From Phoronis australis (Eukaryota; Animalia; Phoronida): 64,000 nt of DNA. The DNA lies in contig NMRA01000592.1 in NCBI GenBank assembly GCA_002633005.1, positions 134,855-198,854 of the forward strand, read 5' to 3'. The notes beneath the pieces were generated by a model that saw only the letters and a list, made by a program, of their open reading frames with translations, had not been told where the DNA came from and ran no database searches. Both the position numbers and the translations under genes were made by a program. Shown piece by piece: positions 36,201-46,250 of the stretch. Within the stretch, counting starts at the first letter, position 1. Every line of letters starts with the position of its first letter.

Positions 36201-39200
36201 GTCAGATTGGGCTCACCAAAATCACATACTAAGGTTCCTGCACAGTTTCTAACTACCTCACTACTGACACTAATTGTGTGGTAGGCTTTTCATGGAGGTT
36301 CGTTAATGATCTAATGAAAGGGCTCGGAAAAGTACGAAAGATTAATAGGAAGTGACAAAAGTTTTGTTGAAATGACACAGCCACTTTTCATTTTCACAAC
36401 ATTAAGGGAACCTGACGGAGTGTCCTAACATTATTACATACAAGTACCTTCAAATTCAGTTGGATGTCGGATGGTAGAGGAAACATAATTGTCAAAAGTA
36501 TTGAAAAAATTTGGTGTTCTTGATGCTTATGTACTTGGCTGTGAAACACAGCATGCAATAACAAAAATTATTCATACAATCCATTAAACAAACATGAGGG
36601 ACACAATTTAAGATTTTTGATTGTATAGTTTCAAAGATACGTATTTCACTGGCTGGTCTCAATGTATGCTGCCCATTAACACTGCTACCTGTTGTTCGTC
36701 CTGAAACAAAACAACAATGAATCTTGTACTGAGGTCTGACTTCGTTTTATTACTGTAAATGTAATGACCAATTGCGGATAAAAATAATTGCCAAAACAAG
36801 TCTTTTTTTTATTCACCAGTGGCTTGTAACATTGTTGTGAATGCCCACAATTTCTCAGAATCATTTTCAGATGGTAGCTGCGATACATTATGTATTTGGA
36901 GTTTAATGGATCTTTTATGAAAAATGAAAAAATAAAATTTCATGTGTGTACCACATTGTGTCCTGAATTGGGGAGATTTTACCATAGCAACCGACACCAG
37001 TTAAAAATAAAAAACTGCATTTTGCCCTGTTTAGCTGGCTAAAAACAAAGAAGAAATTGGGCCTTTACCTCACATAAAATTGGTCTCAGTATAACCCTCA
37101 CGGTGATAGAATATTCTATTCCATTATAAGTGCCATTTTCAAATTAAGAATCGCTGGGATGGCCAGCCACAATAAGCTCTGAAGCATTTTATCTGTAAGG
37201 AAAATAGAATCCTATCTCAGTAAGGAATATTTCGAGGCCAATTTTATGAAAATAAAAAAGCCCCAATGTGAAATTCCACGACAGATTTTCAAAAAATCAA
37301 ACATATCACAAATTCTCTTTAAAACTGATGGAGATGTTATAGACACCACAAGGATTATACAAATTTACGTTTTGTGCTTGGCCACCCAATTAGTGAATTA
37401 CGGCTAAACAAAGTATGTGTTAAATAGCGTGCCCAGCAAATTCAAATGCTCATATCAGTTTGCAGCTCTTTAATGCATCCTTCAAATGTAATTTGCAAAA
37501 ATACATTAAAACCAATTTTATTTATATTTTCATGTGATTAATACCTCCAGAATAATCCCTGAAAGATTTGGATGGGCATCTTGAGGGTTTACGAGCTACG
37601 AATCACCAACTATGTGTAGCACACTAATTGCCAAATTTGATGTTTTTTGCACTTTTTGTTACATCATTATCATATAGTAAGTATTCACATGTATATATTA
37701 CAATGACAAAACAGTCAAAACAGTATACAGAGCTGCTTGGACTTTTTATGGAAATTTCCATGTGCTGGGCCTTACCTACGGGTTCATCGTCGAGCCCTTA
37801 AGGTAGGTGTATACACTGGTCAAATCTCCAGGTTCCTAACTAAAATGAGTAAAAAGGGAGTTTTAACTAGTTAGACATGACTCTGAAAGCGACAAAAATC
37901 AAAAAAAACTTTTTTGTAGCTCGTTCTTTAAAAAATCATATTTTTTAATTATCAAAAAATCCAATTTTACCTCATTTTTTTTTCAAAATGCACAGGGATC
38001 ACCATCAACTGTTTCCTTCCGTAATATTCTACTTATCCATACTAAATATATGTACAAAATCATTATCATCTTGATTTTGTGGCATTTTTTGTGTGTGAGT
38101 TGGGGCAAGCACACCACTTTTTGTCATTTGGTCACTTTCCGTCCAATAACTAAAAATCTGGTCCATTTATCAAAAAACCCTGGCACGCGATTTTACTTCA
38201 GTCCTAGAGGATTTCAAATTTGCAAATTTCGTAGAAATTGACCCACGTGTGTGGAAAAATAGGCCCGAGAATCTTGTCACTATCCTGAAATCACGAGCCG
38301 AGAAAAACGGCTTTGAAGTTAAGCATTCATCGATTGCCACTTGAGATCAAATTTCATTCAGAATGCGTGGTCATTATGTTCCAATTTTTGTTGAAGTACT
38401 AGAAATAAAGCTGATATTTACTTCATGGTTAGAAAATGTGACATACCCGTTTGTTTACAGCATAATTTTAATCATTTTTCGAACTTGTGAAGCACGACAG
38501 ACGACCAAAACAAATATGGCTGTCATGTGGGCGAAGCTTAGCGTTGATCTATTGTCTGCTGTACTGGTGTGCCGACCACACGTGTTGATTGTTAATACGA
38601 TTCATCTGAACTCTCCACTCAGTTAGTAAAAGACTCTCTAACTATATTACACAGACCTATTTGTTAGTATTCCAATAATATCATCAACCAATATATGTGT
38701 AATATCAAATCGCGGCGTTACTGTCTACATAACCATATTGGCGACGAGGATAAAGAACTACTTTCATAGTAATGGTTCAACATTTTTACTTGCCTGTACC
38801 GAATGGACTTTGGGATAAGAAAATATCACTTTCTGCACAAATAGCGTCGCTTGGGTGAGATTCTCAAGTTACTAAAGTTTCTTATATTGCTTTCCTCTAA
38901 AATCGTGTACCGTAATATCATGAGTTTTAATTCAGGGTTACATTTGAATCTATGCACTAGAAAAATTTTGTTATGTTGAACACTGGGTCATTTCTCTAAT
39001 TCTTTGGATTACGGCCAGTGGCAAGTTAAAAAATCCTCTGGGTTTGACAGCCTAGTTTCTCCACGGCGCGTTCCCAGCACAGAAGCACGGTTTATCTGCG
39101 AAGACTCTACTCTGACGGCATGTAGTTGTCCATGTGTCGCGCGTGCGGCTTGTCTTCACAGCGCGTGCATGCACTCACCGAATCGTGTAACACAATCCAT

Positions 39201-42200
39201 GTCGACGCTCAGCGTCCTCTTGCAAGACACCTTACCTTATATTACCGACTTCTCTTATACATGCACAATTTCTGCACTGACTGCTCAAGCTGAGTGCAGT
39301 GATGGCTTCGGTAGGACTTGGCGTACTCAACTTAATTTTTTTGCAGATAGACAAACAGGCTCAGGCTCGGAACAGGAGCTAGTTCACCATTTCACTACCA
39401 ACTTTCACATGGTCAAAAATAGATTTTATTTTTGGTTTTGCTACAACACCAATATCAGCTGGTACAGCACTCTGGATTGCCCGGTTACGCAATGTTTGTT
39501 GACAGGGTTAGATTAGAGCTAGTGTCCTTGTATATAAGCTCCGCCCCAGTTGTCAATCACTGAGCTGCGGTGAGCACTCCAGCCATATGACTTACTGAGG
39601 CTTGGTCAAATATAGCTAAAAAAACAACTTTGGATTTTCAGAATGATTTTATTTCTCTTCAGTATACTGTGCATCAAGAATTACAGATTAGGATGACATA
39701 AAAATGTGAAAAACAGTCAAAATTAATTTTTTTGTGTATCCACTTACCTTAATTCAATTGGTAAGTTCACATTCAAACAGATTTATTTTAATATCACATA
39801 ATCGTGCCCATGATGTTTGTTGCCTGTATGCTTACTATTCACCAAAAAAGCTTTTTACTTAAAATATTCAATGCTTTCTTGCATTGTTTTTTTATTATTT
39901 GGTAGATCCGTCCATTTCCACTTGTTAGGTTACCGATGGTAGAGCATCATTGTTGTCTACAATGAGAACATCTCGTCTCTCAAGGAACACAAACAACACA
40001 TCTGGGCAAAGTTTGGGTGCAAAAATGCAACTTAATTATTATCTTGGGAGGTTTTAAAGGTACTAATTAAGCAATTGGAGGACCCTAACCATTTATTGGC
40101 TGAAAACGTGTCCTGTTATTTGCAAATTTTAGAGATCATTGTTATATAATTAAACGCATAATTTAAATTTAGCACAATACTTCATATATACTTCATGTTC
40201 TAGGTCTTCATGTATTCTTGTACCTAAGAGATTTCGCCCAGCTGTATTTGACACTGTCAAGACATGGAATAGTATGAAATCAAGTGAATCACCCCCTGAC
40301 TTGTTGGGATTTTTTGAAACTCTCATACATTCAGTGTCAATTCAAGCAGAGCTGGAATGTGTGAATGCGAGAGTGAATGTGTTTGTGTTCTTTTCTATTG
40401 TGTTCTATTTTTAATTTTTGCTTCTCTCTTTAAAAAACTTTTTAAACAATTTGAGATATGATGTTCCAAATTTAGACAAATTTGTAATTTTTCTAAAGTC
40501 CTGCATAAGTTCAACAGAATCAACTTAGAACATTTATGATAGCAACATTTCATGCATGGCTGATGGTAAATTTATATGAACAAAATTTCTCATGGAATGC
40601 AAGTCAAGGTGTATTATAAAAGTGTGACATGACAAAGCACTGTGGAGTTTAATCTCCTAAACCCTCAGGATGCCCATCCAAATCTTTTAGGCGGTTGTTC
40701 TAAACATACAATAGACCACGTGTTAAGCAAATCTGAAGAAAATTGATGTAAACAGGATTTGCCAATCACCTTTGAAGGATACTGTCATGGTTTTTAACAA
40801 TCACCCCTTAAAAATTGTAATAATAACAAGAACAATAATAATAAAAGTGAGTACAACAGTGTAAATGAATAGAATAGCCCAAGAGCTACAAACTGATAAA
40901 AAATCACCTCTGCCGGATTGAATAGCTCAGCATCAGATAGACTAATCAGTGCAATCGTTGTAAGTCGTAAATTGCTAACTTAGGTGGGCGGTTGTCAATT
41001 CCACCAATTCTGGCTAAGAGAATCTGTGACAGCTACTGAACAAGAAAAATGCAGTGAAATACTGGCTTCTAAGTCAATTACAGGCATCCATGACTAGCCA
41101 TGACTTTTTCAGATTGTGTTTCAATTCATAGAGAAACGATCATCTGGAAAAATATTCATTTACAACTCTTGACATGCTCTTAAAACACAATAATATATTT
41201 ACCTGTAAATGTCAATATAACAGGAGTGTCTACAGCATCTCTGAGATGACTTTGAGTGTTTGGAGCAGATTGGTTCAGTTCGTCACGGCCTTGAGTAGTT
41301 GGTCGTTGATACCTCGTTGGTATCCCCACTGTTTTTGCTGGTGGTCTTTGAAAAAGAGGATTTCTACAAAATGGCCAAAGATATGTGATGAACCTAGTAG
41401 CAAAGAATGCATTTTGGTCTCAAAATAAATTGTTCAACATTTTGTTAAGGCAAATGTTACATTCTGTGTAATAAATATGGCATTATACTCAAGATAAATG
41501 TTCGACACAACTTATCCCACTCCACTACCATTATTGCTGAATGTAAGTCCCATGCAGCACATGGCGCTCTGTGCAAGATATATATTTGTGCCAAGGCAAT
41601 AATGCACATACTTAAGGAGCTCATTAATTGAGTATGTGTATTCTTCTAAAAGCCCCCACCCCCTCATAATATTGTAATAACCCAATTGAATTGGCACAGT
41701 ATTCTTCTGAAATTGGGAGTCAATTTCCATGTTTTTTAAATTCATGGAGAAAAGTCATGCAAAACCATACCTCACACTTTTTGGTTTTGGACGTTTTTAG
41801 AGTGATTAGACATCAAGTTGCGTCTGAGCGCATCCAGATATTTTACTGTTTTACTCTAAAGGTCTGCAACTTCTAGAAATCAGCAAGAAATCACATTCTG
41901 TAGACACTTCAAAAAGTCTTAGCCACCTTACACCAGTCAGTTGAATTACAATAGTGAGAGCTGTGGCTTGCAGACGTGCGTCAAGTGTATAGTACAGAAA
42001 TATGAGTGTAAACTAACAAATAAACAGAAAATAATAATCTCTTGAAAGATGGGCAGGCATTAAAAAGTGCCACAAGAGATGTTGAAAAACACATGCACAT
42101 CATAAGACTCAGCAGAAACCTGGAGCATCCCATGGAGTAAGTGTACCTTTTTTGTAATCCAGTATTCAGAGGGTGTCCATTCGAATCTCTAAACAGTGGT

Positions 42201-45200
42201 TTCTTCACTGCTTCATTGGGAAAATCACTAGTATGAGTACTTGCTAACTTATGACTTGGCACTTGGGACTCATCCACTGGCAACAATGGATAGGTTGCAT
42301 TCAGCTCTCCAAGGCCAGTCTTACATTTTGTCAACATAGGCCAAAACTTGGGCTTTTCTGAAAAAGACAATGCCTAGCTTACGTAATAATCTTTGCAAGG
42401 CCAATGAAAGTAAGTTCATAATGTGCTAAAACTCAGTCTGTTTCCACTTGTCGCAGGGTACAGTTTCTAGACAGGCTCATTTTCCATGGACTATACTTCA
42501 GCAACATATTTCCGAGACAGCAGTGGCCCCCAACAGTTGGAGTAATGTTCACCAACTGTAATTCATGGGCAATTTAAAGCATGGAGACTGGCTGTACTAT
42601 TTTTCTTCATGCTAACATGTCATAAAATACCATAACTTGCTGTGAAATACTCATGAATGAAGCCAAAGATGGTATTTTATCTACTGCACACTTCAATACA
42701 GTGTAAGGTTGAACAACTGGGAAGACCCTTAGAGGCTCAGCATCAAGTTTTCAGCAAGACACCCAGGTCCTCACCCTGACTTGGTTTTTGAGTGGGTGGA
42801 ACAACATCATCAAATAATTGTGAGAATGAGACATCATTCTCTAATATGTCAAATGAGGCCAAGGGTGGACTTGGAACAAACGTCGCCTTGCTGAACGGAG
42901 ACCTGAAATTAGAGAAATGTAGACATGACAATATTATGGCGAACATAGCAGGAGTTACCCTTGATCAAACACCTCTAAGAATTCAAATTATGGGAATTAC
43001 TTGTCTAACTTCATAGCCTCTAAACCACAAAAAGGTACAACAGCAACAAGACAAGTTACTATGGCACCAGGGCTGTGTGTCTATGACACTTTAGGGATGT
43101 ATCCATCAACCTATAATGGAAGCACTGTCTATTGTTGAGCCTGAAGACTTTTCTTTGTTATAAATGCTGGAGAATGATCCAAGAAAACAATGTTTATTAG
43201 ATAATTTATAATTCTGAGGGCTGTAATGGGCAAGGTGTCAGTCAGCCGACTACCAGATTTTGCAAGAACTCCCTCTGTTAGGTCGTAAGGCAATTACATC
43301 GATTGCCCTGAAATGCCGCATACAACTGAAGGGCGAAAATACAACCCCATAAAAAGTTACTAATCTCAAAATACAGAGAATAAAAGTGAATAAAACATGC
43401 ATATACACAGAGTTGTGATCACAGTGCACACCATGACTCTGGAGACAATTTAATTACGAACAAAATTTGAACAAATCCATGAAAATCTGTCGCGGTTCAC
43501 TCCAGCTTCCCTCACCAAATGCCATTTTCACTAGGTTACATGAAATCATGCCTGTTGACGAACAAATAGTACGTCCAAGGGACACCAGGAGTCTTGCAAG
43601 TTTCATCTGATATCTTCCCAATTGCTTATAATTTTTTGCAAGTGTCATGCACTTCACTCAGGCCGGCGCTTGTCCTTGCCTTACTCATGTGACGCCAGTG
43701 GTTATCACGCTTGGTTAAAAAAGTTAACAGTGACCAAAAACGTGGAGCTGAAATTCTTCGCCAAAGTCATCCTAAGTCCTGTAGAAATGCTTCATCGAGG
43801 ACATTGAGTAGAACCAGAAAGAATCGCTGAAGAAAGTAAGTGTCTTTTTAACAGGGTTTAAGTGATAAGTTTAAGTAAAAAATATATTTTTGGTGTAGTG
43901 AAACCCTCCTATTCGGTGAGCAGATTTGGCCAACCGCTCATTGAAAGACACAGGATGAAATTAGTACAGAAAGTGATGGGGAGTATTGTAGCCCCTGTAT
44001 AGCCAGTCGAAGGGCTGTTGCAGCCCAAACTGATGCCTGCGCCAAACTGATTTGGCACAATTCAATTTGGCACGAGTTCAGTGACAGCGGTGAGCCAAAC
44101 TCGATGCTTGCTCCAAACTAACGCTACAATACATTCTATTCTCAAATTAATGCCAATGGTTTATATGTTTTTTAATTGTTATCATAAGTGATATTGACAA
44201 TGAGTGCGCGACCTGCATAAGTGAGCACTCATGGTCATCAATTGGGGGTTTTGATAAGCACAAAAAATCCATATACTACTTTGAGTAATTTGGGAACTTA
44301 CGCCCAGTAGCTTTAATTTGGTGCAGGCAACAGTTTGGCTCACCAACCCGTGCCAAATTAAAGTGTGCCAAATCAGTTTCGTAACAGGCATCAGTGCTTG
44401 GACTGAAACAGAGCTGTGTGATGCCTGTCGCTACTCACTAGTATCAGACCAGTACCAATCATCATGTCTAAATGACTACACAGTGTACCCAATTATCGTA
44501 CGGACCCTAAATATCGGACATTTCATCATAAAATCTTACATGAAGCATAATCTGAAAATTAAATGACACCAATTTTTGTTCCGCTGTAAAGCATTCAATG
44601 TCCGGCACTGTCTCATTTTTTTCTAGCATTGCCTCATTTTGACTTTACCGAGAGAGGGTGCAATTTAGACCCCCAAGTCAGCCTAAAATGGACGATCGCA
44701 TAAATCGGTTATAAAGTTGAAAACAAAATCTTTTTCAACAATGAAATCATCTCACTGAACTGACAATATGTCTGTTTCATTTTTTCATTTGTTTTTGAAC
44801 TCTAGTCAAACCCTGGCCGTGCACGTGCGGGTGTCATATCAAGAAGGCAAAGAGATACTAAAAAATTCACTGAGTTTGCACATGCTTTAGTCGTCTGCAC
44901 CGATTCAGCAAAATGGCTTGGTGCTGTCACCAGACTTCATGTTATGGATAATTTTGTTGCGAACGGAGCTGTGTTTTAGCAGCAAATATGTCAAAACACT
45001 CGAGCTGAAATTTGGCTACAAGGTGCCCGCGGCCTTCACTTGGTTAGTCAATTTTCCGCTGTGTGGCGTATGGGGAAACATGGTGTCCGATATTTAGGTT
45101 CTCCAAAGGTTTGCTAGTTGTGTGTTTTAAAGATCAGTCAGAACATAAGTGTGGCCTTCGGTGACAAGATATAGTAACAGAACAATTCAATAAAAGTTAG

Positions 45201-45366
45201 CCTTTATTTCAGCAAAGAATTTACAACAATCCGTAGTATTTCAATTATATTATGCAAAATGTGCCAAAACGTCCGATAATTAGGTCACTTAACTCTGTCT
45301 TAACTGCGTATGTTGATATATAGTCCGATTACCTCTCGTCGTCAGTCTCCAAAGGTCGTCCGCCAT
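9155..45366 (-). CDS. HFM1: HFM1/MER3 meiotic ATP-dependent DNA helicase, whole-gene span (35 exons identified)
   Basis: Spliced exons give Walker [71 protein letters not shown], a Sec63 region, the C4 zinc finger [17 protein letters not shown] and the C-terminus GIFDGIF*. Splice phases chain without a break from 42902 to 16825 and from 10558 to 9155. Confidence 0.96.
9369..9466 (-). CDS. HFM1: HFM1 exon (low-complexity C-terminal region)
   Basis: tttag / gtatgt; NSQATDGLS...FVANN; phases 0/2 fit both neighbours. Confidence 0.75.
9592..9688 (-). CDS. HFM1: HFM1 exon
   Basis: tttcag / gtgagt; [18 protein letters not shown]...DSL; phases 2/0 fit. Confidence 0.75.
10075..10558 (-). CDS. HFM1: HFM1 large C-terminal exon
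   Basis: Covers most of ORF 9984..10544; ttaaccag acceptor and AAG|gtattt phase-2 donor. Its 5' phase does not match the upstream zinc-finger exon (see findings). Confidence 0.7.
11138..11180 (-). ncRNA. Second minimal hammerhead-like motif, sense to HFM1 pre-mRNA
   Basis: Reverse complement reads gtagc-CTGATGA-a-gtcctc-gagag-gaggac-GCAA-cg-ta-gccat. Perfect stem II, one mismatch in stem I. Confidence 0.6.
11265..11307 (+). ncRNA. Minimal type I hammerhead ribozyme-like motif (GCAA core variant)
   Basis: Stem I gtggc/gccat, CUGAUGA(A), stem II gtcctc-gacag-gagggc, GCAA, palindromic ACGU stem III remnant, GUA triplet (predicted cut after 11302). Confidence 0.65.
11660..12030. repeat. Interspersed repeat with an inverted-orientation homologue at about 22200-22620
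   Basis: Shared blocks such as ggtcacgtgaccatgtc vs catggtgacatgatcac and tttttctgaaaa vs ttttcagaaaaa. Boundaries approximate. Confidence 0.45.
12154..12377 (-). CDS. HFM1: HFM1 C4 zinc-finger exon
   Basis: tgtag / gtaatt; [27 protein letters not shown]...PALKRLK. Confidence 0.92.
12413..12822 (+). mobile_element. 5'-truncated L1/Tx1-clade LINE 3' end (ORF2 C-terminus, 3'UTR, A-rich tail)
   Basis: ORF 12431-12694 [15 protein letters not shown]...PNFQSF...EK...F..RW fits the typical Tx1/L1 ORF2 C-terminus. AATAAA at about 12788, then aaaaaagaaaaaacaagaaaa. Confidence 0.75.
12941..13469. mobile_element. MITE family A copy 2
   Basis: ttaa|agaggcatggaac ... gttccaggcctct|ataa; colinear with 8241-8952 apart from an internal deletion. 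Confidence 0.8.
13505..13694. repeat. Interspersed repeat, second copy at about 19215-19352
   Basis: Shared caaaaagtccgag(t)aaacg, ggtcc, aattcgagc(t/c)cccc and gggtgcg(c/t)(g/a)catg blocks. Confidence 0.5.
14920..15225. mobile_element. GGCGGAT-TIR MITE with a 5-bp CATTA target duplication
   Basis: cagtggcggatcc ... aaatccgcctatg, with subterminal G and C runs. catta at 14915-14919 and 15226-15230. Confidence 0.7.
16825..16910 (-). CDS. HFM1: HFM1 exon
   Basis: tgtag / gttaat; (V)[16 protein letters not shown]...DYK, end of the Sec63 region. Confidence 0.85.
18109..18533. other. Assembly gap
   Basis: Run of N inside an HFM1 intron. Confidence 1.
19908..20011 (-). CDS. HFM1: HFM1 exon
   Basis: tgcag / gtgaag; [16 protein letters not shown]...[10 protein letters not shown]. 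Confidence 0.9.
21489..21646 (-). CDS. HFM1: HFM1 exon
   Basis: tttgcag / gtaagg; [15 protein letters not shown]...[10 protein letters not shown]. Confidence 0.92.
21763..21846 (-). CDS. HFM1: HFM1 exon
   Basis: tttcag / gtgaga; [28 protein letters not shown]. Confidence 0.93.
21971..22056 (-). CDS. HFM1: HFM1 exon
   Basis: tttcag / gtaaag; [15 protein letters not shown]...PRQLEM. Confidence 0.93.
22714..22842 (-). CDS. HFM1: HFM1 exon
   Basis: tgtag / gtattg; LMEYL...[21 protein letters not shown]. Confidence 0.93.
23182..23692. mobile_element. PIF/Harbinger-type MITE with a TAA target duplication
   Basis: TIRs agggcctttcatact and aatatgaaaggacct. TAA at 23179-23181 and 23693-23695. Internal gttaac-rich sub-repeats. 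Confidence 0.8.
23720..23817 (-). CDS. HFM1: HFM1 exon
   Basis: tttcag / gtaatg; [25 protein letters not shown]. Confidence 0.93.
24513..24560 (-). CDS. HFM1: HFM1 exon
   Basis: ttatag / gtattg; (R)[15 protein letters not shown](C). Confidence 0.9.
25700..25806 (-). CDS. HFM1: HFM1 exon
   Basis: ttttag / gtatga; [30 protein letters not shown]. Confidence 0.93.
26010..26101 (-). CDS. HFM1: HFM1 exon
   Basis: cttcag / gtatgc; [18 protein letters not shown]. Confidence 0.93.
26580..26660 (-). CDS. HFM1: HFM1 exon
   Basis: tttcag / gtaatt; [17 protein letters not shown]...KPT. Confidence 0.9.
27102..27149 (-). CDS. HFM1: HFM1 exon
   Basis: tttag / gtattt; [15 protein letters not shown]. Confidence 0.88.
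27859..27992 (-). CDS. HFM1: HFM1 exon (winged-helix region)
   Basis: ttctag / gtttgt; [15 protein letters not shown]...[18 protein letters not shown]. Confidence 0.95.
29030..29076 (-). CDS. HFM1: HFM1 exon
   Basis: tttcag / gtacgt; [15 protein letters not shown]. Confidence 0.9.
29811..29858 (-). CDS. HFM1: HFM1 exon
   Basis: ttttag / gttggt; [16 protein letters not shown]. Confidence 0.9.
30288..30433 (-). CDS. HFM1: HFM1 exon (helicase motifs V-VI) with a GC donor
   Basis: [21 protein letters not shown]...[10 protein letters not shown]|gcaagc. Confidence 0.95.
30818..30919 (-). CDS. HFM1: HFM1 exon
   Basis: tacag / gtatgt; [25 protein letters not shown]. Confidence 0.95.
31178..31310 (-). 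CDS. HFM1: HFM1 exon (motif IV)
   Basis: ttctag / gttatt; [12 protein letters not shown]...DTKLR. Confidence 0.93.
31666..31819 (-). CDS. HFM1: HFM1 exon
   Basis: ttttag / gtaagt; [17 protein letters not shown]...KPTLV. Confidence 0.95.
32188..32231 (-). CDS. HFM1: HFM1 exon
   Basis: ttttag / gtgagt; [14 protein letters not shown]. Confidence 0.9.
32451..32600 (-). CDS. HFM1: HFM1 exon (end of motif II, motif III)
   Basis: tttag / gtatgt; [21 protein letters not shown]...[14 protein letters not shown]. Confidence 0.95.
33443..33880. mobile_element. MITE with ~45-bp imperfect TIRs; related end at about 20448-20515
   Basis: cccatctccgtgttccctaatc on the left, gattagggaacagagatggg on the right. 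Confidence 0.55.
34101..34181 (-). CDS. HFM1: HFM1 exon (Walker B DE|IH)
   Basis: ttttag / gtaacc; [27 protein letters not shown]. Confidence 0.95.
34307..34458 (-). CDS. HFM1: HFM1 exon (motifs Ia/Ib)
   Basis: ttccag / gtgagt; [10 protein letters not shown]...ELTGDT...IIITTP. Confidence 0.95.
34919..35048 (-). CDS. HFM1: HFM1 exon (Walker A)
   Basis: ttgtag / gtgtgt; [29 protein letters not shown]. Confidence 0.95.
35376..35443 (-). CDS. HFM1: HFM1 exon (Q motif)
   Basis: aacag / gtaggt; [22 protein letters not shown]. Confidence 0.9.
35567..35716. repeat. Tandem repeat, ~54-bp unit, about 2.7 copies
   Basis: tag(a/g)(t/c)atga(t/c)ttt..tgtatt(a/g)taaaacaaatat(a/c)atgcatcaa occurs three times. 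Confidence 0.85.
36641..36700 (-). CDS. HFM1: HFM1 exon
   Basis: tttcag / gtatct; [19 protein letters not shown](P); phases 1/1 fit. Confidence 0.85.
37802..39748. mobile_element. Non-autonomous DNA transposon, TTAA TSD (Kolobok-like), about 1.95 kb
   Basis: TIRs ggtaggtgtatacac and gtgtatccacttacc (13/15). TTAA at 37798-37801 and 39749-39752. Confidence 0.75.
41203..41363 (-). CDS. HFM1: HFM1 N-terminal exon
   Basis: ttgtag / gtaaat; [10 protein letters not shown]...ILTFT; phases 2/1 fit. Confidence 0.75.
42147..42357 (-). CDS. HFM1: HFM1 N-terminal exon
   Basis: tttcag / gtacac; KPKFWPML...GLQK; phases 1/2 fit. Confidence 0.75.
42775..42902 (-). CDS. HFM1: HFM1 N-terminal exon 2
   Basis: tttcag / gtgagg; [19 protein letters not shown]...PPTQKPSQ. 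Confidence 0.75.
44029..44395. mobile_element. MITE with ~50-bp TIRs
   Basis: actgatgcctg..aaactgatttggcacaattcaatttggcacg on the left, cgtgccaaattaaagtgtgccaaatcagttt..caggcatcagt on the right. Confidence 0.75.
44481..45297. mobile_element. Probable Tc1/pogo-like MITE(s) in HFM1 intron 1
   Basis: Inverted (t/a)atcggac / gtccgat(a)a motifs near 44510, 45085 and 45272. Ends uncertain. Confidence 0.45.
45333..45366 (-). CDS. HFM1: Probable HFM1 first coding exon
   Basis: AAG-ATG-GCG start context in a CpG-rich patch and donor AG|gtaatc. One base short of frame with exon 2 (see findings). Confidence 0.6.
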
Positions 45367-45465
45367 CTTGTTTCGCGTGCAGCGCTGCCACGCGGGACTT
45401 AGCGTTCCAATTTGGAACGCTCGTCTGCACGTTAGGTACTAACCTCTCGGGAGAAACACGCGTGG
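45367..45465 (-). promoter_or_regulatory. Probable HFM1 proximal promoter / 5'UTR
   Basis: CpG-rich. GCGGGA at 45392, palindrome agcgttccaa-t-ttggaacgct at 45401-45421, tctcgggaga at 45445-45454, cacgcgtg at 45457-45464. Confidence 0.5.
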
Positions 45466-45990
45466 AAGAACTGAGACTAAAATTAATGCATTTACCGACT
45501 GTTTTTTTGAGACCACTTAAAAACTTGTTGATTTTACTAATGCACTTTTTTGTTCATTTTCAGAAGATATTTTCAAAATTAAATTTTCTTCAGACGGAAC
45601 AAAAAGCAACCCAGGGATTGTTTATGCAATGTATCTATTTGTCCCAGGCACTAACCGACATCTGTTAGGCCAAAGGAAAAACGCAGCAGACAAATGGAAC
45701 ACGCTGGGTGCTTAACAGTTTCGGCCCACGCCTTGGTCATCAAAATATTGTTCACTTGTTTTTTTATTGCAAAACACAGTACTGAACTCAACATTTATGT
45801 TGAAAATTTTGGTTAAAGCATTTTGAATTTATTTGAAGAAAATTAAAATACTTGAATTGATAGAGAATGGCCACCAATAAAGTAAAACATTGACTTTATT
45901 TCACTATATTGCATTTGTTACATACAACACAGCATGACATAATCAAAAATAAAAGAAGAGATTGAGCAATAAAATTCAAATGCAACTTGG

Positions 45991-46250
45991 GTATTTATTT
46001 ATTTATTTATGAATGCAGAAGCCTGTTAAAGATGAGAAAAAATCAAACAATACAATTATGGGTAATTTATTAGAACAATTGTATCGAGGTTCAATGATCA
46101 ACTTCCGCCTACCAAGTCTCAAAGGCTTACAGTTCTGTTTTGGCTGACAAGGTGTTAACAGAGAATGAAGAGAAACTGAAAAGAAAAAGAAGGACAGCAG
46201 AGATAAGTGATGTTAAGAACAACAAGAGCAAAAAGTCAAATAAAGAGGTC
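45991..46250 (-). mobile_element. Possible CR1/L2-type LINE 3' end
   Basis: (AAAT)n tail on the minus strand at 45991-46010, preceded by a T-rich UTR-like tract. No ORF support. Confidence 0.3.

Noticed and set aside
36448-36880. Extra HFM1 exon candidates near 36448-36526 and 36816-36876
   Set aside because: Not needed for frame continuity, and order or phase conflicts with the supported exons 36641-36700 and 35376-35443.
39004-39516. 170-aa ORF inside the TTAA element as a transposase
   Set aside because: No DDE, THAP or other recognisable motif, and a TTG start.
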